This document shows, piece by piece, positions 16,653-26,225 of a stretch of DNA of 64,000 bases. The notes under the pieces are model-generated. The model was not told the origin of the DNA. It searched no databases and saw only the letters and a list, made by a program, of their open reading frames with translations. Position 1 is the stretch's first letter; each line of letters begins with the position of its first letter. The stretch is from a virus (Duplodnaviria > Caudoviricetes). Location of the stretch: the IMG/VR virus record IMGVR_UViG_3300028888_000097, positions 1 through 64,000 of that record, one strand, 5' to 3'. The position numbers were made by a program, and so were the translations under genes.

Positions 16653-17894
16653 ATGAATCTGAAACTCAACTCTCTCAACAGAGACCTCTTTATGGTCTCC
16701 GGCGCGAACGACATCCGCGTCAACACGGCGGGCGGCAAGCACATCTCCCGGAACGACGTTGTGTCCTCCGGCAGACTGCTTCTGACCGAGTATGTGGGCA
16801 ATCAGCTCAACCTCCGCCCCGACACGAAGGGTTCCTTCACCTCCCGGCTGAACGGCGTGAACTACTCTGACTTCGCTCAGAAAACCACGGAAAAGACCCT
16901 GATGTTCTGCGCGGCTCTTGCCAATCAGGCGGTCGGCAAGGAGGCTCCCGTTTCCTTCGACGAAGTGCGGAATAACATGAGCTACGCCAAGGACGAAAAC
17001 TTCCTCCGCGCTCTGGCGGCTATCACCCGCGACGTTCTGGAACCCACCCTCTTCGCCGTAATGGACGATGTTGCGGCGGGGAACCTGATGCAGTGGGAGA
17101 CCGTTCCGTTCGGCGGCACGAAGGAAATTACCATCGCGTCCAACGACGTATTCCTCTTTGAGGATTCCGCGTGGGGTTCCGCGAGAAGCGCGTCCTACAA
17201 CCGTCTCTATGACAAGACGATCACCCTGAATCCTTCTCCGAAGACCACTCAGGCGAAGATCTACTGGTATCAGCACGTTGTGAACGGCGACATCGGACGC
17301 TACTACGCCGCCATCGTTCGCGGCATGTGGAACAAGATCTACGCCATGTTCATTCAGAACCTGACGTCCGCTGTCGGCAACGTGGCCTACATTCCCACCG
17401 GTCTGACGGCTTCCGGCTACACGACGGACAACTGGAACGCCATCACGACTCTGGTGGCTGCCGCCAACGGTGTGAGACGCGACAATCTGGTTGCGTTCGG
17501 CACGGTTCAGGCTCTCTCCAGAGTCCTTCCCACCGACGGAACCGGCGCGGCTATCGTGGGTCTTCAGTATGGGCTGGGTGAGGACTGGATCCGCAGAGGC
17601 TACATTCCCAACGCCGCTGGTGTGCAGCTTGTGGAGATTCTGCCCGCGATTGTTCCCGGTACGCAGAACTCCACGCTCGACACCATCGGCTTCGGCGACA
17701 ACATTGTGGTCACGGCGAAGGGCGGCTACGGCTACGCTCCCATCTACGGCGGCTACTACGAAGGCTCTCCGCTCACGCTGGAGCTGAGACCCGAAGAGAC
17801 CGGCGATCTGACCATCGATGTGACGGCCACCGCGATCTTCGACATGAAGCCCGTGTTCGCCTCCAAGGTCGGCGTCATCACCGACGTTGCCTGA
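16653..17894 (+). CDS. Major capsid protein
   Basis: 413 aa, strong C-ending codon bias, head-module position. Confidence 0.8.
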   Translation: MNLKLNSLNRDLFMVSGANDIRVNTAGGKHISRNDVVSSGRLLLTEYVGNQLNLRPDTKGSFTSRLNGVNYSDFAQKTTEKTLMFCAALANQAVGKEAPVSFDEVRNNMSYAKDENFLRALAAITRDVLEPTLFAVMDDVAAGNLMQWETVPFGGTKEITIASNDVFLFEDSAWGSARSASYNRLYDKTITLNPSPKTTQAKIYWYQHVVNGDIGRYYAAIVRGMWNKIYAMFIQNLTSAVGNVAYIPTGLTASGYTTDNWNAITTLVAAANGVRRDNLVAFGTVQALSRVLPTDGTGAAIVGLQYGLGEDWIRRGYIPNAAGVQLVEILPAIVPGTQNSTLDTIGFGDNIVVTAKGGYGYAPIYGGYYEGSPLTLELRPEETGDLTIDVTATAIFDMKPVFASKVGVITDVA

Positions 17895-17993
17895 CGACAC
17901 GAAAAACTCTCCGGGGGCTTCACGGCCTCCGGAGGGAATTTGATTACATCCCAATGATCCCGGGAAACGAGAGTTATTACGGAGGATTTCAAA

Positions 17994-18707
17994 ATGGCGA
18001 GAACTGCGAAAGCGAAAAACATGGAAGCCGAATCCGTTCCGGCGGAAGAGGCGGTCCTTATGGAAAGCGAAATCAGCGAGGCGGCTGAACCGGCGGAAGC
18101 GGTTGAACCGAAGGCGGAGGAAAAATCCGACCGACGGGAATACACGGAAGCTGAGATTCAGGCGATTGTGGCGGCGGCGGTGAAGAACGCACTGGCTGAG
18201 CAGAAAAAGGCGGACGATCCCGACGGGATGGTAACACTTCTGTTCCTCGGAGGCATCGCTCCCGGCACGACGGTGACGCTTGACGGCATGGGGAGGATTC
18301 CCCGTGACGGGAACACGCTGACTGTGACGAAGCGGGATTTCTTCCAGAATCTCGGAGCGCAGACCGATCTTCTTCTGCGGAAGCGAAAACTGATTGTGAC
18401 GGACGGTCTGACGGACGAGGAACGGGAGCGGTACGGCGTCCTCTACAAGGACAACGAACTGCTTTCCGCTGCGGTCTACCAGAAGCTCCCGGACTACGAC
18501 ACGGAGAGGCTTTCCGGAATTTACGAAAAGCTCTGTCCGGAGCACAGGGAGCTTGTACGACGGGTACTCCACACGGGGGCGATGGACGGCGACTGGCGCG
18601 TTTCGGCGGACAAGCTGAAGGCGATTATCCGGATTGACCGCGCTGGTGGTCTGAAGGGTACGCCGCTCGAAGATGATCTGAAACGTCTGGCGGGAGAACT
18701 CGACTGA
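17994..18707 (+). CDS. Head-associated protein (YonA-like position)
   Basis: GGAGG RBS; acidic N-terminus; synteny. Confidence 0.6.
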   Translation: MARTAKAKNMEAESVPAEEAVLMESEISEAAEPAEAVEPKAEEKSDRREYTEAEIQAIVAAAVKNALAEQKKADDPDGMVTLLFLGGIAPGTTVTLDGMGRIPRDGNTLTVTKRDFFQNLGAQTDLLLRKRKLIVTDGLTDEERERYGVLYKDNELLSAAVYQKLPDYDTERLSGIYEKLCPEHRELVRRVLHTGAMDGDWRVSADKLKAIIRIDRAGGLKGTPLEDDLKRLAGELD

Positions 18708-18728
18708 CGAATTGAATAGAGGTGCAAT

Positions 18729-19457
18729 ATGGCGACTCCGATTTTACAGGTTATTACCCAATACTGCGAGGCATACGTGGACGATATACGTCTTGCGGAG
18801 GTGAGAGAATCAGCCCCCGCGCTTTACCTGAGACAGTGCTGGTTTTTCCTGAGGGTCGCCATTTCCCTTTTCAATCATCCGACGGAGATTCAGACCTACC
18901 TTCTCGGGACGGATAACGAACCGAAGCTGACGGAGCCTTCCTTTGCGGACACGGTTCTGACGCTTGACGCGGATCAGGACGGGGAATTCACGCTTTCCCC
19001 CGGTTTGGACTACGCGGGATATGAACTGGCGTCCTGCCGTATGCGGGAGACGGCTCCTGACGGCTATGTGACCTATTACGCGGTGGATTTCGCCTATGAT
19101 GCGCAGACAGGCGACTTTACCGTAAACGGTCAGTACCCGGCGGGAACAGTCTTTGAACTCGATTTCGCCAACGATGGGGAATTTCTTAACACGCTGACGC
19201 CCGAAATGATGGACATTCTCGGGACGGGGTTCGGGTTGACCTGGCGGGAGCGGTTCAACGCGGACTGGCTCTCTCTTGTGGCGAAGGTGGAGGACAAGTC
19301 CTTCAAGGAGCAGACGCGCTCCTCCGACAAGCGGGCCAATACGGAGCAGATTGAAGCGATGCGGGTTTCCTTTGCCGGGAAGATGCGGCGGTTCGAGCAG
19401 AATCAATACTACCGGAACTATGTTCCGCAGAGCGCAAGAATCGGAATCAGGAATTAA
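18729..19457 (+). CDS. Head-tail adaptor-like protein
   Basis: Synteny; GAGGTG RBS. Confidence 0.55.
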   Translation: MATPILQVITQYCEAYVDDIRLAEVRESAPALYLRQCWFFLRVAISLFNHPTEIQTYLLGTDNEPKLTEPSFADTVLTLDADQDGEFTLSPGLDYAGYELASCRMRETAPDGYVTYYAVDFAYDAQTGDFTVNGQYPAGTVFELDFANDGEFLNTLTPEMMDILGTGFGLTWRERFNADWLSLVAKVEDKSFKEQTRSSDKRANTEQIEAMRVSFAGKMRRFEQNQYYRNYVPQSARIGIRN

Positions 19458-19475
19458 CGAAGAAAGGGAAATAAC

Positions 19476-19820
19476 ATGAGAAATATCGGCGAAATGAAGG
19501 TCGAAAACGCTTCGGCGGCGACGATCTCCAGCATTTTCGTAAACAACGCCTGTGATCTCTGCACCGTTCAGGTGTTCGGATCCGCAACGGCGATGCAGGT
19601 AAAGATTCAGGGCATGACGGACACGGCTTCGGATGACTGGCGCGACATCGCGGTGTTCGATCTCGGAACGCTCGAGCTTTCCGACGGGTCCTACGGGATT
19701 CAGGCAGCGGGCGTTTATGCCGTATCGATTGCCGGATTGAAGCAGATCCGGATCAACGTGGTATCCGTGACCGGAACCGTGAACGTGACGGCGGCGTTTG
19801 CCAACACGTCCGCCGACTGA
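19476..19820 (+). CDS. 114-aa beta-rich virion domain, homologous to N-terminus of 26640..28160
   Basis: TVQVFGS..QG.TD....W.....AAGVY...I.G shared pattern. Confidence 0.65.
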   Translation: MRNIGEMKVENASAATISSIFVNNACDLCTVQVFGSATAMQVKIQGMTDTASDDWRDIAVFDLGTLELSDGSYGIQAAGVYAVSIAGLKQIRINVVSVTGTVNVTAAFANTSAD

Positions 19821-19836
19821 GAAGGGAGAGGAAAAG

Positions 19837-22128
19837 ATGGCTGTTGATGCACTGGCCCGTGCTCTGGCGGCGGGTAAAGTTCCGGTTTCCGCTTATGAGA
19901 TGGCGGTGAAAGCCGGTTATACGGGAACGGAAGAGCAGTTTGCCGAAGACATGGGGAACTCCGGGACCAATGCGGCGAACGCAGCGGCTTCGGCTTCTGC
20001 GGCGGCGGCATCGGCGGAATCTGTAAGCGCGAGTGCTGCGCAGATTGCGACGAATACGAATGATATTAGTGACTTAAAAGAATCTTTAAGTGATTACCCC
20101 AATGTAAAAAACATTGTTTATACTGGAACACCGTTTTTAACCACAAAAGCTATATATGATGCCGTTCTTTATCCAGTTGTTGGCGTTAATGTTTACAATA
20201 ATCAATACAGCAAATACAGGCTTTATCGTATGCGCCTTAAATACTCTACCGCACAAGCAGTTTATACTACTTTGCAAGGATTGTCGGGCGAAAACTGGGT
20301 AAATATCGAAAGCGTAGAAATTGCGGTTTCCGATCTCTCCACACTCAGCGGGATTGCACTGTATAAAAGTAATACAGGAAAATTTGATATTACAATAAAT
20401 TGGGATTTGGTTTCAAGTTCCATAAACGGAAGTAGCACTTATGAATTGAACAATTCTGTTATCAACTTAAAAACACAGAGCATAGAATCTGAAATTGCGA
20501 CAAACAAAGGAAACATCACTAAACTGGAAAACATTGTTTATACTGGAACACCGTTTTTAACCACAAAAGCTATATATGATGCCGTTCTTTATCCAGTTGT
20601 TGGCGTTAATGTTTACGATAATCAATACAGCAAATATAGATTAAACTACCTGAGATTAAAATTCACATCGGGTACAACTCACAGAACTGTATATACATCG
20701 TTACAAGGCTCTAACGATGGTTCGACGTGGACGCCTGTAGGAGAAGTTCTTGTCAACGCGGATGATTCAACATTTGAATCCGAATGGGCGGCACTCACGG
20801 GGCTTGCAGTTTATACATCTACAAATGGGAAATTCGACATTACCATAAATTGGAATGTTGTAGGGGATAGAATTAACGGCACATCTACTTATGATTTGAA
20901 TAACGGTTGTATAAATCTCAAAACAAAGTTGATAGACGGAAAATTGACGGCATTAGCTTCTGTTGATGAAATAGAGGATTTTTTGCTGATGACACACGCA
21001 AAGCATACGATTGATGTAGGTGTTGGGAAAGAATACACAACAATCGGCGCGGCGTATGCGGCAATAACAGACAGTTCTTTTGATAATCAATACAATGTAC
21101 GGATTTTTCCGGGAACTTATAACGAAATCGAACTTGCACCACCTGCATTTACTCACACTTTTGCGGCTTTTCCGGGTACTGTTATTGTTAATTCCGTGGG
21201 GGTTGATAATGGCACTATAAATGGCAAGCCACGAATGGAACAATCAACATTTAACCTAAGTCGAATCAGCAAATTAAGTGATTTAATTGTTTATGCCGAT
21301 GAAGGGATGAACTATTGCATTCATTTCGATAGCGGTATTTCAAGGCGCGCGGCAATTTGTGAAAATCTGTATTGTAAGAAATATTACGGAGTGGATGCTT
21401 CTCACCCGAACGGTCTAAATGTTTCAAATTACGCTTATTCCAGCTACGAAAATTGTCAAGTAATCGGAATGGGAATGGGCGGAAATGCTTATCGTGTTGA
21501 ATTTAATAATTGCTATTTTGAAAACGGCGATGTGGAAACGCACACACGGGCAAACAATTCGGAAAATCCCAATACAAAAATAATTTTCAACGGATGTCAG
21601 CGCATTAACAGCCGTTATCAAACAACAGTTGTCGGTAGTTACGCTTCAAATGGTTTATACATTTGCGAAATAAACGATGATGTTTCAAAATTTGGAGACA
21701 CTTCATTCATTTACGCATATCAGAGCGGCGATATTCCTTGGATTGTTATGGGTAAAAACAACAAGAATTTCGCTGTAAAATTCACAAAATTGGATGATAC
21801 GGCGGACAGCGATGAAAAATGGGAAAATATCGTTACAACTGATAAGAGGTATATTGCACTTGCTTCTGGCGTATCTGTAACAAAGGGGCAGTGGATAAAG
21901 TACGATGGAACTATTTGCGACAATTCCACAAGCGCTTTTGATGTATATGGAATCGCCCTTGTGGATGCAAATGCCGATACAAATAATGCTATTCCAGTAT
22001 GGTGCGGCGAAGCATATCCCATAATTGCAAACGACGGTGAATACGGAATTGATGCAACTGGAAATTTGTCGGAAAGTGCTACTACAAAAATAGGCAGAGT
22101 AGTAAATAATATTTTTTATCGTTATTGA
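19837..22128 (+). CDS. Fibre/receptor-binding-like protein: GC-rich N-terminal anchor plus AT-rich module (tandem repeats, beta-helix-like region, cement-like C-terminus)
   Basis: SAYEMAVKAGYTGTEEQFA; coiled coil ..NDISDLKESL; VGVGKEYTTIGAA..VRIFPGTYNE beta-helix start. Confidence 0.7.
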   Translation: MAVDALARALAAGKVPVSAYEMAVKAGYTGTEEQFAEDMGNSGTNAANAAASASAAAASAESVSASAAQIATNTNDISDLKESLSDYPNVKNIVYTGTPFLTTKAIYDAVLYPVVGVNVYNNQYSKYRLYRMRLKYSTAQAVYTTLQGLSGENWVNIESVEIAVSDLSTLSGIALYKSNTGKFDITINWDLVSSSINGSSTYELNNSVINLKTQSIESEIATNKGNITKLENIVYTGTPFLTTKAIYDAVLYPVVGVNVYDNQYSKYRLNYLRLKFTSGTTHRTVYTSLQGSNDGSTWTPVGEVLVNADDSTFESEWAALTGLAVYTSTNGKFDITINWNVVGDRINGTSTYDLNNGCINLKTKLIDGKLTALASVDEIEDFLLMTHAKHTIDVGVGKEYTTIGAAYAAITDSSFDNQYNVRIFPGTYNEIELAPPAFTHTFAAFPGTVIVNSVGVDNGTINGKPRMEQSTFNLSRISKLSDLIVYADEGMNYCIHFDSGISRRAAICENLYCKKYYGVDASHPNGLNVSNYAYSSYENCQVIGMGMGGNAYRVEFNNCYFENGDVETHTRANNSENPNTKIIFNGCQRINSRYQTTVVGSYASNGLYICEINDDVSKFGDTSFIYAYQSGDIPWIVMGKNNKNFAVKFTKLDDTADSDEKWENIVTTDKRYIALASGVSVTKGQWIKYDGTICDNSTSAFDVYGIALVDANADTNNAIPVWCGEAYPIIANDGEYGIDATGNLSESATTKIGRVVNNIFYRY
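20068..20095. repeat. Recombinase-like site L (in-frame inside fibre gene)
   Basis: AGTGACTTAAA-AGAATC-TTTAAGTGATT, at the GC-to-AT transition. Confidence 0.6.
20108..20636 (+). repeat. 420-bp-period tandem domain repeat
   Basis: 20108-20216 vs 20528-20636: 109 nt with one mismatch. Confidence 0.9.
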
Positions 22129-22150
22129 GTAAAGAAATCTTTGAGTCACC
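22123..22150. repeat. Recombinase-like site R (overlaps fibre stop codon)
   Basis: TATTGAGTAAA-GAAATC-TTTGAGTCACC; right arm is a 9/11 inverted copy of site L left arm. Confidence 0.6.
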
Positions 22151-22184
22151 AACTCACAGGGCCGAAATTACCAGCTTTTGACAC

Positions 22185-22216
22185 AAAAACGCCCGTCAGC
22201 GGATAACTGACGGGCG
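22185..22216 (-). terminator. Terminator between fibre gene and convergent recombinase
   Basis: CGCCCGTCAG/CTGACGGGCG perfect stem; A-tract on + strand. Confidence 0.8.
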
Positions 22217-22230
22217 GATGGCTTTGCATT

Positions 22231-23241
22231 TTACCTGTACTTGTTGTAGGAGTTTTTGACGGCCTGTTGATTAACGATGACGTACTGCATCGTGGTATTG
22301 ATATTCTCATGCCCGAGAAATTTCTGTACCTCTTCGAGGGGCATTCCGTGTCCAATCAGGTCTGTCGCCAAAGTCCGACGATATTTGTGCGGATATACGC
22401 CGCTCACTCCAGCTTTATCGGCAATCATTCTGAGGAGTTTCCGAACCCCTCCGGGCGTTAATCTGTCGCTCCGTTTACCAATAAACAGGGCCGGGAGTTC
22501 ATCCGTGCGGGTGTTCAAATATTCTTGCAGGAGCATTGTTGTGAGCTTATCGATATAGACCATGCGTTCCTTTCGCCCCTTGCCGTAAACCTTGATTTCA
22601 CGGTCTATGAAATCAATGTCTTCACGGTTGAGTTGACATATTTCGCTGATTCTGCATCCAGTCGCTTCAAGCAAGGCAAGCAATGCTCTGTTCCTGACTT
22701 CGGAGCACCTGTCGCCGCGCACAATATCACAACTGTTGTGCAACTTGTAAATGTCCGCTTTTGAGTAAACATCCTTAATTGTTTTCTCAAACTTGATCCT
22801 ACCGATGTTTTTCATCGGATTCTTTTCGATAATGTCCTCGTTGTGCAGCCACTTGAAAAATGCCGCCAGATTGCATCTCTTGTCTTCCAAGGTTATGTCG
22901 CTGTTACCTCTTGTTTTGCAGTCCTCCAAATATTGCCGAATGTGATAGACGGAGACACGGGAGACGGGCATTCCGCAAAAGTCAAAGAACTTCTTGATGG
23001 CATATTTGTAGTGCGAAATGGTCTTAGGCGTTCTGCCCTCAACCTTCAAGGCGAGAAGATAAGCGTCGATTACGGCAGAGGTTTCTTCATATTCAGCCGA
23101 CAGTATCCTATCGTCAATCTCATAATTTTCTGCTACGCTTTCGGCTATTTGTATCGCAACAATCGCATTGTCTGCGGTCAATGCACGATCAAAGCCTTGC
23201 GACATTTCACCTAACATTTGCTTTTTCTTAAACGATGACAT
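22231..23241 (-). CDS. Tyrosine recombinase 1 (XerD-like, SAM-like N-domain)
   Basis: TGCRISE, HKYRRT, LGH, TTMQY catalytic set; AAGGAGG RBS. Confidence 0.92.
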   Translation of the reverse strand: MSSFKKKQMLGEMSQGFDRALTADNAIVAIQIAESVAENYEIDDRILSAEYEETSAVIDAYLLALKVEGRTPKTISHYKYAIKKFFDFCGMPVSRVSVYHIRQYLEDCKTRGNSDITLEDKRCNLAAFFKWLHNEDIIEKNPMKNIGRIKFEKTIKDVYSKADIYKLHNSCDIVRGDRCSEVRNRALLALLEATGCRISEICQLNREDIDFIDREIKVYGKGRKERMVYIDKLTTMLLQEYLNTRTDELPALFIGKRSDRLTPGGVRKLLRMIADKAGVSGVYPHKYRRTLATDLIGHGMPLEEVQKFLGHENINTTMQYVIVNQQAVKNSYNKYR

Positions 23242-23294
23242 TTTTGTCCTCCTTGTAATAAAAAAATTTTCTAAAAAAGTAAAGGAGCGTCCAT

Positions 23295-23621
23295 ATGACG
23301 GCGCAGGAAATCATCGAAATCATTTTGAAATGGGCGATTCCGTTCATTCTTTCAACGGCTGCGTCTGCGGTCATTGCATACGGGCGCGGCATACATAAAC
23401 GAGCTACGGACAGGGAGCGGGCGATTGAGGACGGTTTACAGAGTCTTCTGCGGTCCGAGATCATCCGGGCAAACGACAAATACACGTCGCAGGGTTTTTG
23501 CCCGGTCTACGCGAAAGAGGCTTTGAAACGGTCCTACGAAGCGTATCACGCGCTGGGCGGGAATGATGTGGCGACGAAGCTCTATCACGACGTGATGGCT
23601 CTGCCGGAGAATCCGATTTAA
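23295..23621 (+). CDS. Lysis-module small membrane protein (holin-like)
   Basis: One N-terminal TM; Y..Y..LGGN motif; upstream of amidase. Confidence 0.55.
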   Translation: MTAQEIIEIILKWAIPFILSTAASAVIAYGRGIHKRATDRERAIEDGLQSLLRSEIIRANDKYTSQGFCPVYAKEALKRSYEAYHALGGNDVATKLYHDVMALPENPI

Positions 23622-23641
23622 TTTCCCGAAAGGATGAAGAC

Positions 23642-24856
23642 ATGGCACTTACGATTCGGAAAATTCCGATGCCGGTTTCGCAGTATCCGATCAAATGCCC
23701 TTACGGAATGAGCCCGACGCGGATTGTGATCCACAACACGGCGAACGACGCGTCGGCTGAGAACGAGATTAAATATATGCAGTCCAACTCCACGCAAACG
23801 TCCTTCCATTACGCCGTAGACGACAAGGAAGCGGTGCAAGGCGTGGACCTCTGGCGGAACGCATGGCACGCCACGGACGGAGCAAACGGGACCGGAAACC
23901 GCAAGGGAATCGCCATTGAGATCTGCTATTCCAAATCCGGCGGAGAGCGGTTCATGAAAGCCGAAGAGAACGCGGCGGAACTTGCGGCAAAGCTGCTGAT
24001 TGATTTCGGGTGGGGAATCGACAAGATCACGAAGCATCAGGACTATTGTTCGTGGAAGCACTGCCCCGGACGGACGCTCGATCTCGGGTGGGACCGGTTC
24101 GTAAAGATGGTGGAGAAGAAGTACAAGGCGATGGCGGGGCTGGGGGTTGAGGACGAAGACGAGGTCGTCAACCTTAACGGCTTCAAAATCGAGCGGATTC
24201 ACGATTTCTCGATTCTTTACTGGGACAAGTCGAAGAAGAAGGGGACTACCTCCAATTACATCAACGGCGGGTTCTTCGGGTACTACAAAGAAAACGGCGT
24301 GAACTTCACCCTTCCGGTGGGGAATCTGATGTGCGATCTGGAAGCGGGAAGCATCCCGTCTGTCGCGCTGAAATACCTCTCCGGATGTATTCACGGGAAG
24401 AAGCTCTGTTGGGGAACGAACGACAACGCTTCCGCTCAGTTCAAAGGGAAGACGGTATCGACGCTGGTTCTTCCGCAGACGGGAACGCCCTACGTCCGGG
24501 AGCTGGCGGCTCCTCCGGCGTCGTGCCGGTATGCGATTTCCGGGGTTCCGGTGATCCGGGGCGGAGTGGATATCTCCTACAACAATTTCGTGAAGCCGCA
24601 AGGATGGGACGATTCGTGCTTTTACGCGACTTCCCGGAACTTCATCGGGATCAAGGGGACGAGCCTGTGGGTGGTATCCGGAACGACGAAGACCTCCAAC
24701 TATGTGGCGACTTCCGAGGTTTACGACAAGCTGAAGGAGTTCGGGTTTGATGAGCTGATCTGTCTGGATGGCGGATCGAGTTTTTACCACAAGTATAACG
24801 GGAAATCGGACGTGGTTTGGGTTGACCGGAACGTGAACAACCTGATTCTGTACTGA
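23642..24856 (+). CDS. Endolysin: Amidase_2 (XlyA/CwlA-like) plus NAGPA-like C-domain
   Basis: IVIHNTANDASA, SFHYAVDD, IAIEIC, HQD..KHCPG; INGGFF and ICLDGGSS. Confidence 0.85.
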   Translation: MALTIRKIPMPVSQYPIKCPYGMSPTRIVIHNTANDASAENEIKYMQSNSTQTSFHYAVDDKEAVQGVDLWRNAWHATDGANGTGNRKGIAIEICYSKSGGERFMKAEENAAELAAKLLIDFGWGIDKITKHQDYCSWKHCPGRTLDLGWDRFVKMVEKKYKAMAGLGVEDEDEVVNLNGFKIERIHDFSILYWDKSKKKGTTSNYINGGFFGYYKENGVNFTLPVGNLMCDLEAGSIPSVALKYLSGCIHGKKLCWGTNDNASAQFKGKTVSTLVLPQTGTPYVRELAAPPASCRYAISGVPVIRGGVDISYNNFVKPQGWDDSCFYATSRNFIGIKGTSLWVVSGTTKTSNYVATSEVYDKLKEFGFDELICLDGGSSFYHKYNGKSDVVWVDRNVNNLILY

Positions 24857-24863
24857 GGGTTTT

Positions 24864-25115
24864 ATGTGGAGAATCGCACATTTCAAGTGGTGGGTTCGGG
24901 ATTTCTTCCGATTCATCCGAAGGATTCCCGGCTATCGGAGGCTTGACAGGGACTACGGATACGATCCGGATGTGTATGCGTTTATCATCAGTGAGTACGA
25001 ACGGGTTCTGCGTGAGCTTACGGGCGGGAAGATCTCCAAGCCGACCTACTCTGCGGAATATGTGATTACGACGGTGGAGGACCGGTATGCGGAAATCTAT
25101 GAAGAAAACGACTGA
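24864..25115 (+). CDS. Hypothetical protein
   Basis: In-operon ORF. Confidence 0.55.
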   Translation: MWRIAHFKWWVRDFFRFIRRIPGYRRLDRDYGYDPDVYAFIISEYERVLRELTGGKISKPTYSAEYVITTVEDRYAEIYEEND

Positions 25116-25506
25116 CACGGTCCTCTGGGCGAGGCAGTATTCCAAGCGGTTAATCACGGCATTGCTTGTGGGCTGGGCATTGGGGGCGGTCATCGGGGCG
25201 GTTTACGAATTTCTCCGGCTGATTGCGTCGCCCGAGACGGCGGGGATGGATGCGTTTTACATCTACCTGGCTGTGCCGCTGACGTGTGGACTTCCGTCCT
25301 ACCTCATCCCCAACCTCTTACTGAACAAAGAGAAGGTTAAACAGAACTACATTCCCAACTACGATCAAATCGTACTGAACGGGGAATATAAAAACGAAGA
25401 AGGAATCGGAACGACCGAAAACGAGGTAACGAATGATTTCAGACTTCACGCTGATTACGAAGCACTTTCCGGAAAACCGGGACATATTGATATTTCCAAT
25501 CTCTGA
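25087..25506 (+). CDS. Two-TM membrane protein
   Basis: Two hydrophobic segments; GGAGG RBS. Confidence 0.6.
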   Translation: MRKSMKKTTDTVLWARQYSKRLITALLVGWALGAVIGAVYEFLRLIASPETAGMDAFYIYLAVPLTCGLPSYLIPNLLLNKEKVKQNYIPNYDQIVLNGEYKNEEGIGTTENEVTNDFRLHADYEALSGKPGHIDISNL

Positions 25507-26221
25507 CGTCCATCTCGGCGCGGCGGAGCATATGGAATCCGCCTGGCGGGAGTTTCGGGCGGCTATCCAGAATGAGGAAAATTCCTACATTATACTGTGC
25601 GGAGATATGTGCAACAATGCGATCCGCAATTCTGTTTCCAATGTTTACGATGAGGTTCTCCGCCCGAGGGAGCAGAAGCGGTTGATGGTGGAAATGCTGA
25701 CTCCGCTCCGGGATAAGATCCTCTGCGCCGTTCCTGGGAATCACGAGTGCAGAAGTTCAAAAGAGGTCGATGATGACATTATGTATGACATCATGGCGAA
25801 ATTGGATCTCGAGGATTTATACCGGGAAAACATTGCTTTTCTAAAAATTCAAATTGGAAGTCTCACCGCAAACGGGACGCGGAATCCGACTTATACATTC
25901 GCTGTGACGCATGGATCCGGCGGCGGTGTTCTGACAGGCGGTTCCGTAAACCGGGCGGAGAGATTCGCATACGCAATTGACGGTGTGGACGCAATGATAA
26001 GCGGTCACGTTCACAAGCCATTTGTGTCCCATCCGGGGAAGATCAAGGTCGATACGAACAACAACAAAGTATCAATCAAGCCCTTCCATGTGGTAACGTG
26101 CAGTTCATGGCTTGAATGGGGTGGTTACGCAGCGAAAAAGATGTTGCTCCCCACCTCGCACATTCCGCAGAAGATCCTTCTTTCCGGCAAATCCAAAGAC
26201 ATCAAAATTATTCTGGGGTGA
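25433..26221 (+). CDS. Calcineurin-like metallophosphoesterase
   Basis: SDVHLG, GDMCNN, GNHE, THG, GHVH motifs. Confidence 0.88.
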   Translation: MISDFTLITKHFPENRDILIFPISDVHLGAAEHMESAWREFRAAIQNEENSYIILCGDMCNNAIRNSVSNVYDEVLRPREQKRLMVEMLTPLRDKILCAVPGNHECRSSKEVDDDIMYDIMAKLDLEDLYRENIAFLKIQIGSLTANGTRNPTYTFAVTHGSGGGVLTGGSVNRAERFAYAIDGVDAMISGHVHKPFVSHPGKIKVDTNNNKVSIKPFHVVTCSSWLEWGGYAAKKMLLPTSHIPQKILLSGKSKDIKIILG

Positions 26222-26225
26222 CAAA

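Noticed and set aside
15170-18572. Long minus-strand ORFs (543 aa, 669 aa) opposite capsid genes, and similar shadows such as 23618..24916 and 62611..63573
   Set aside because: Antisense shadows of GC-rich, codon-biased genes; no RBS or recognisable motifs
20068-22150. Simple invertible segment (phase variation)
   Set aside because: Spacer asymmetry suggests direct orientation, and no alternative C-terminus is encoded on the opposite strand; inversion is not fully excluded
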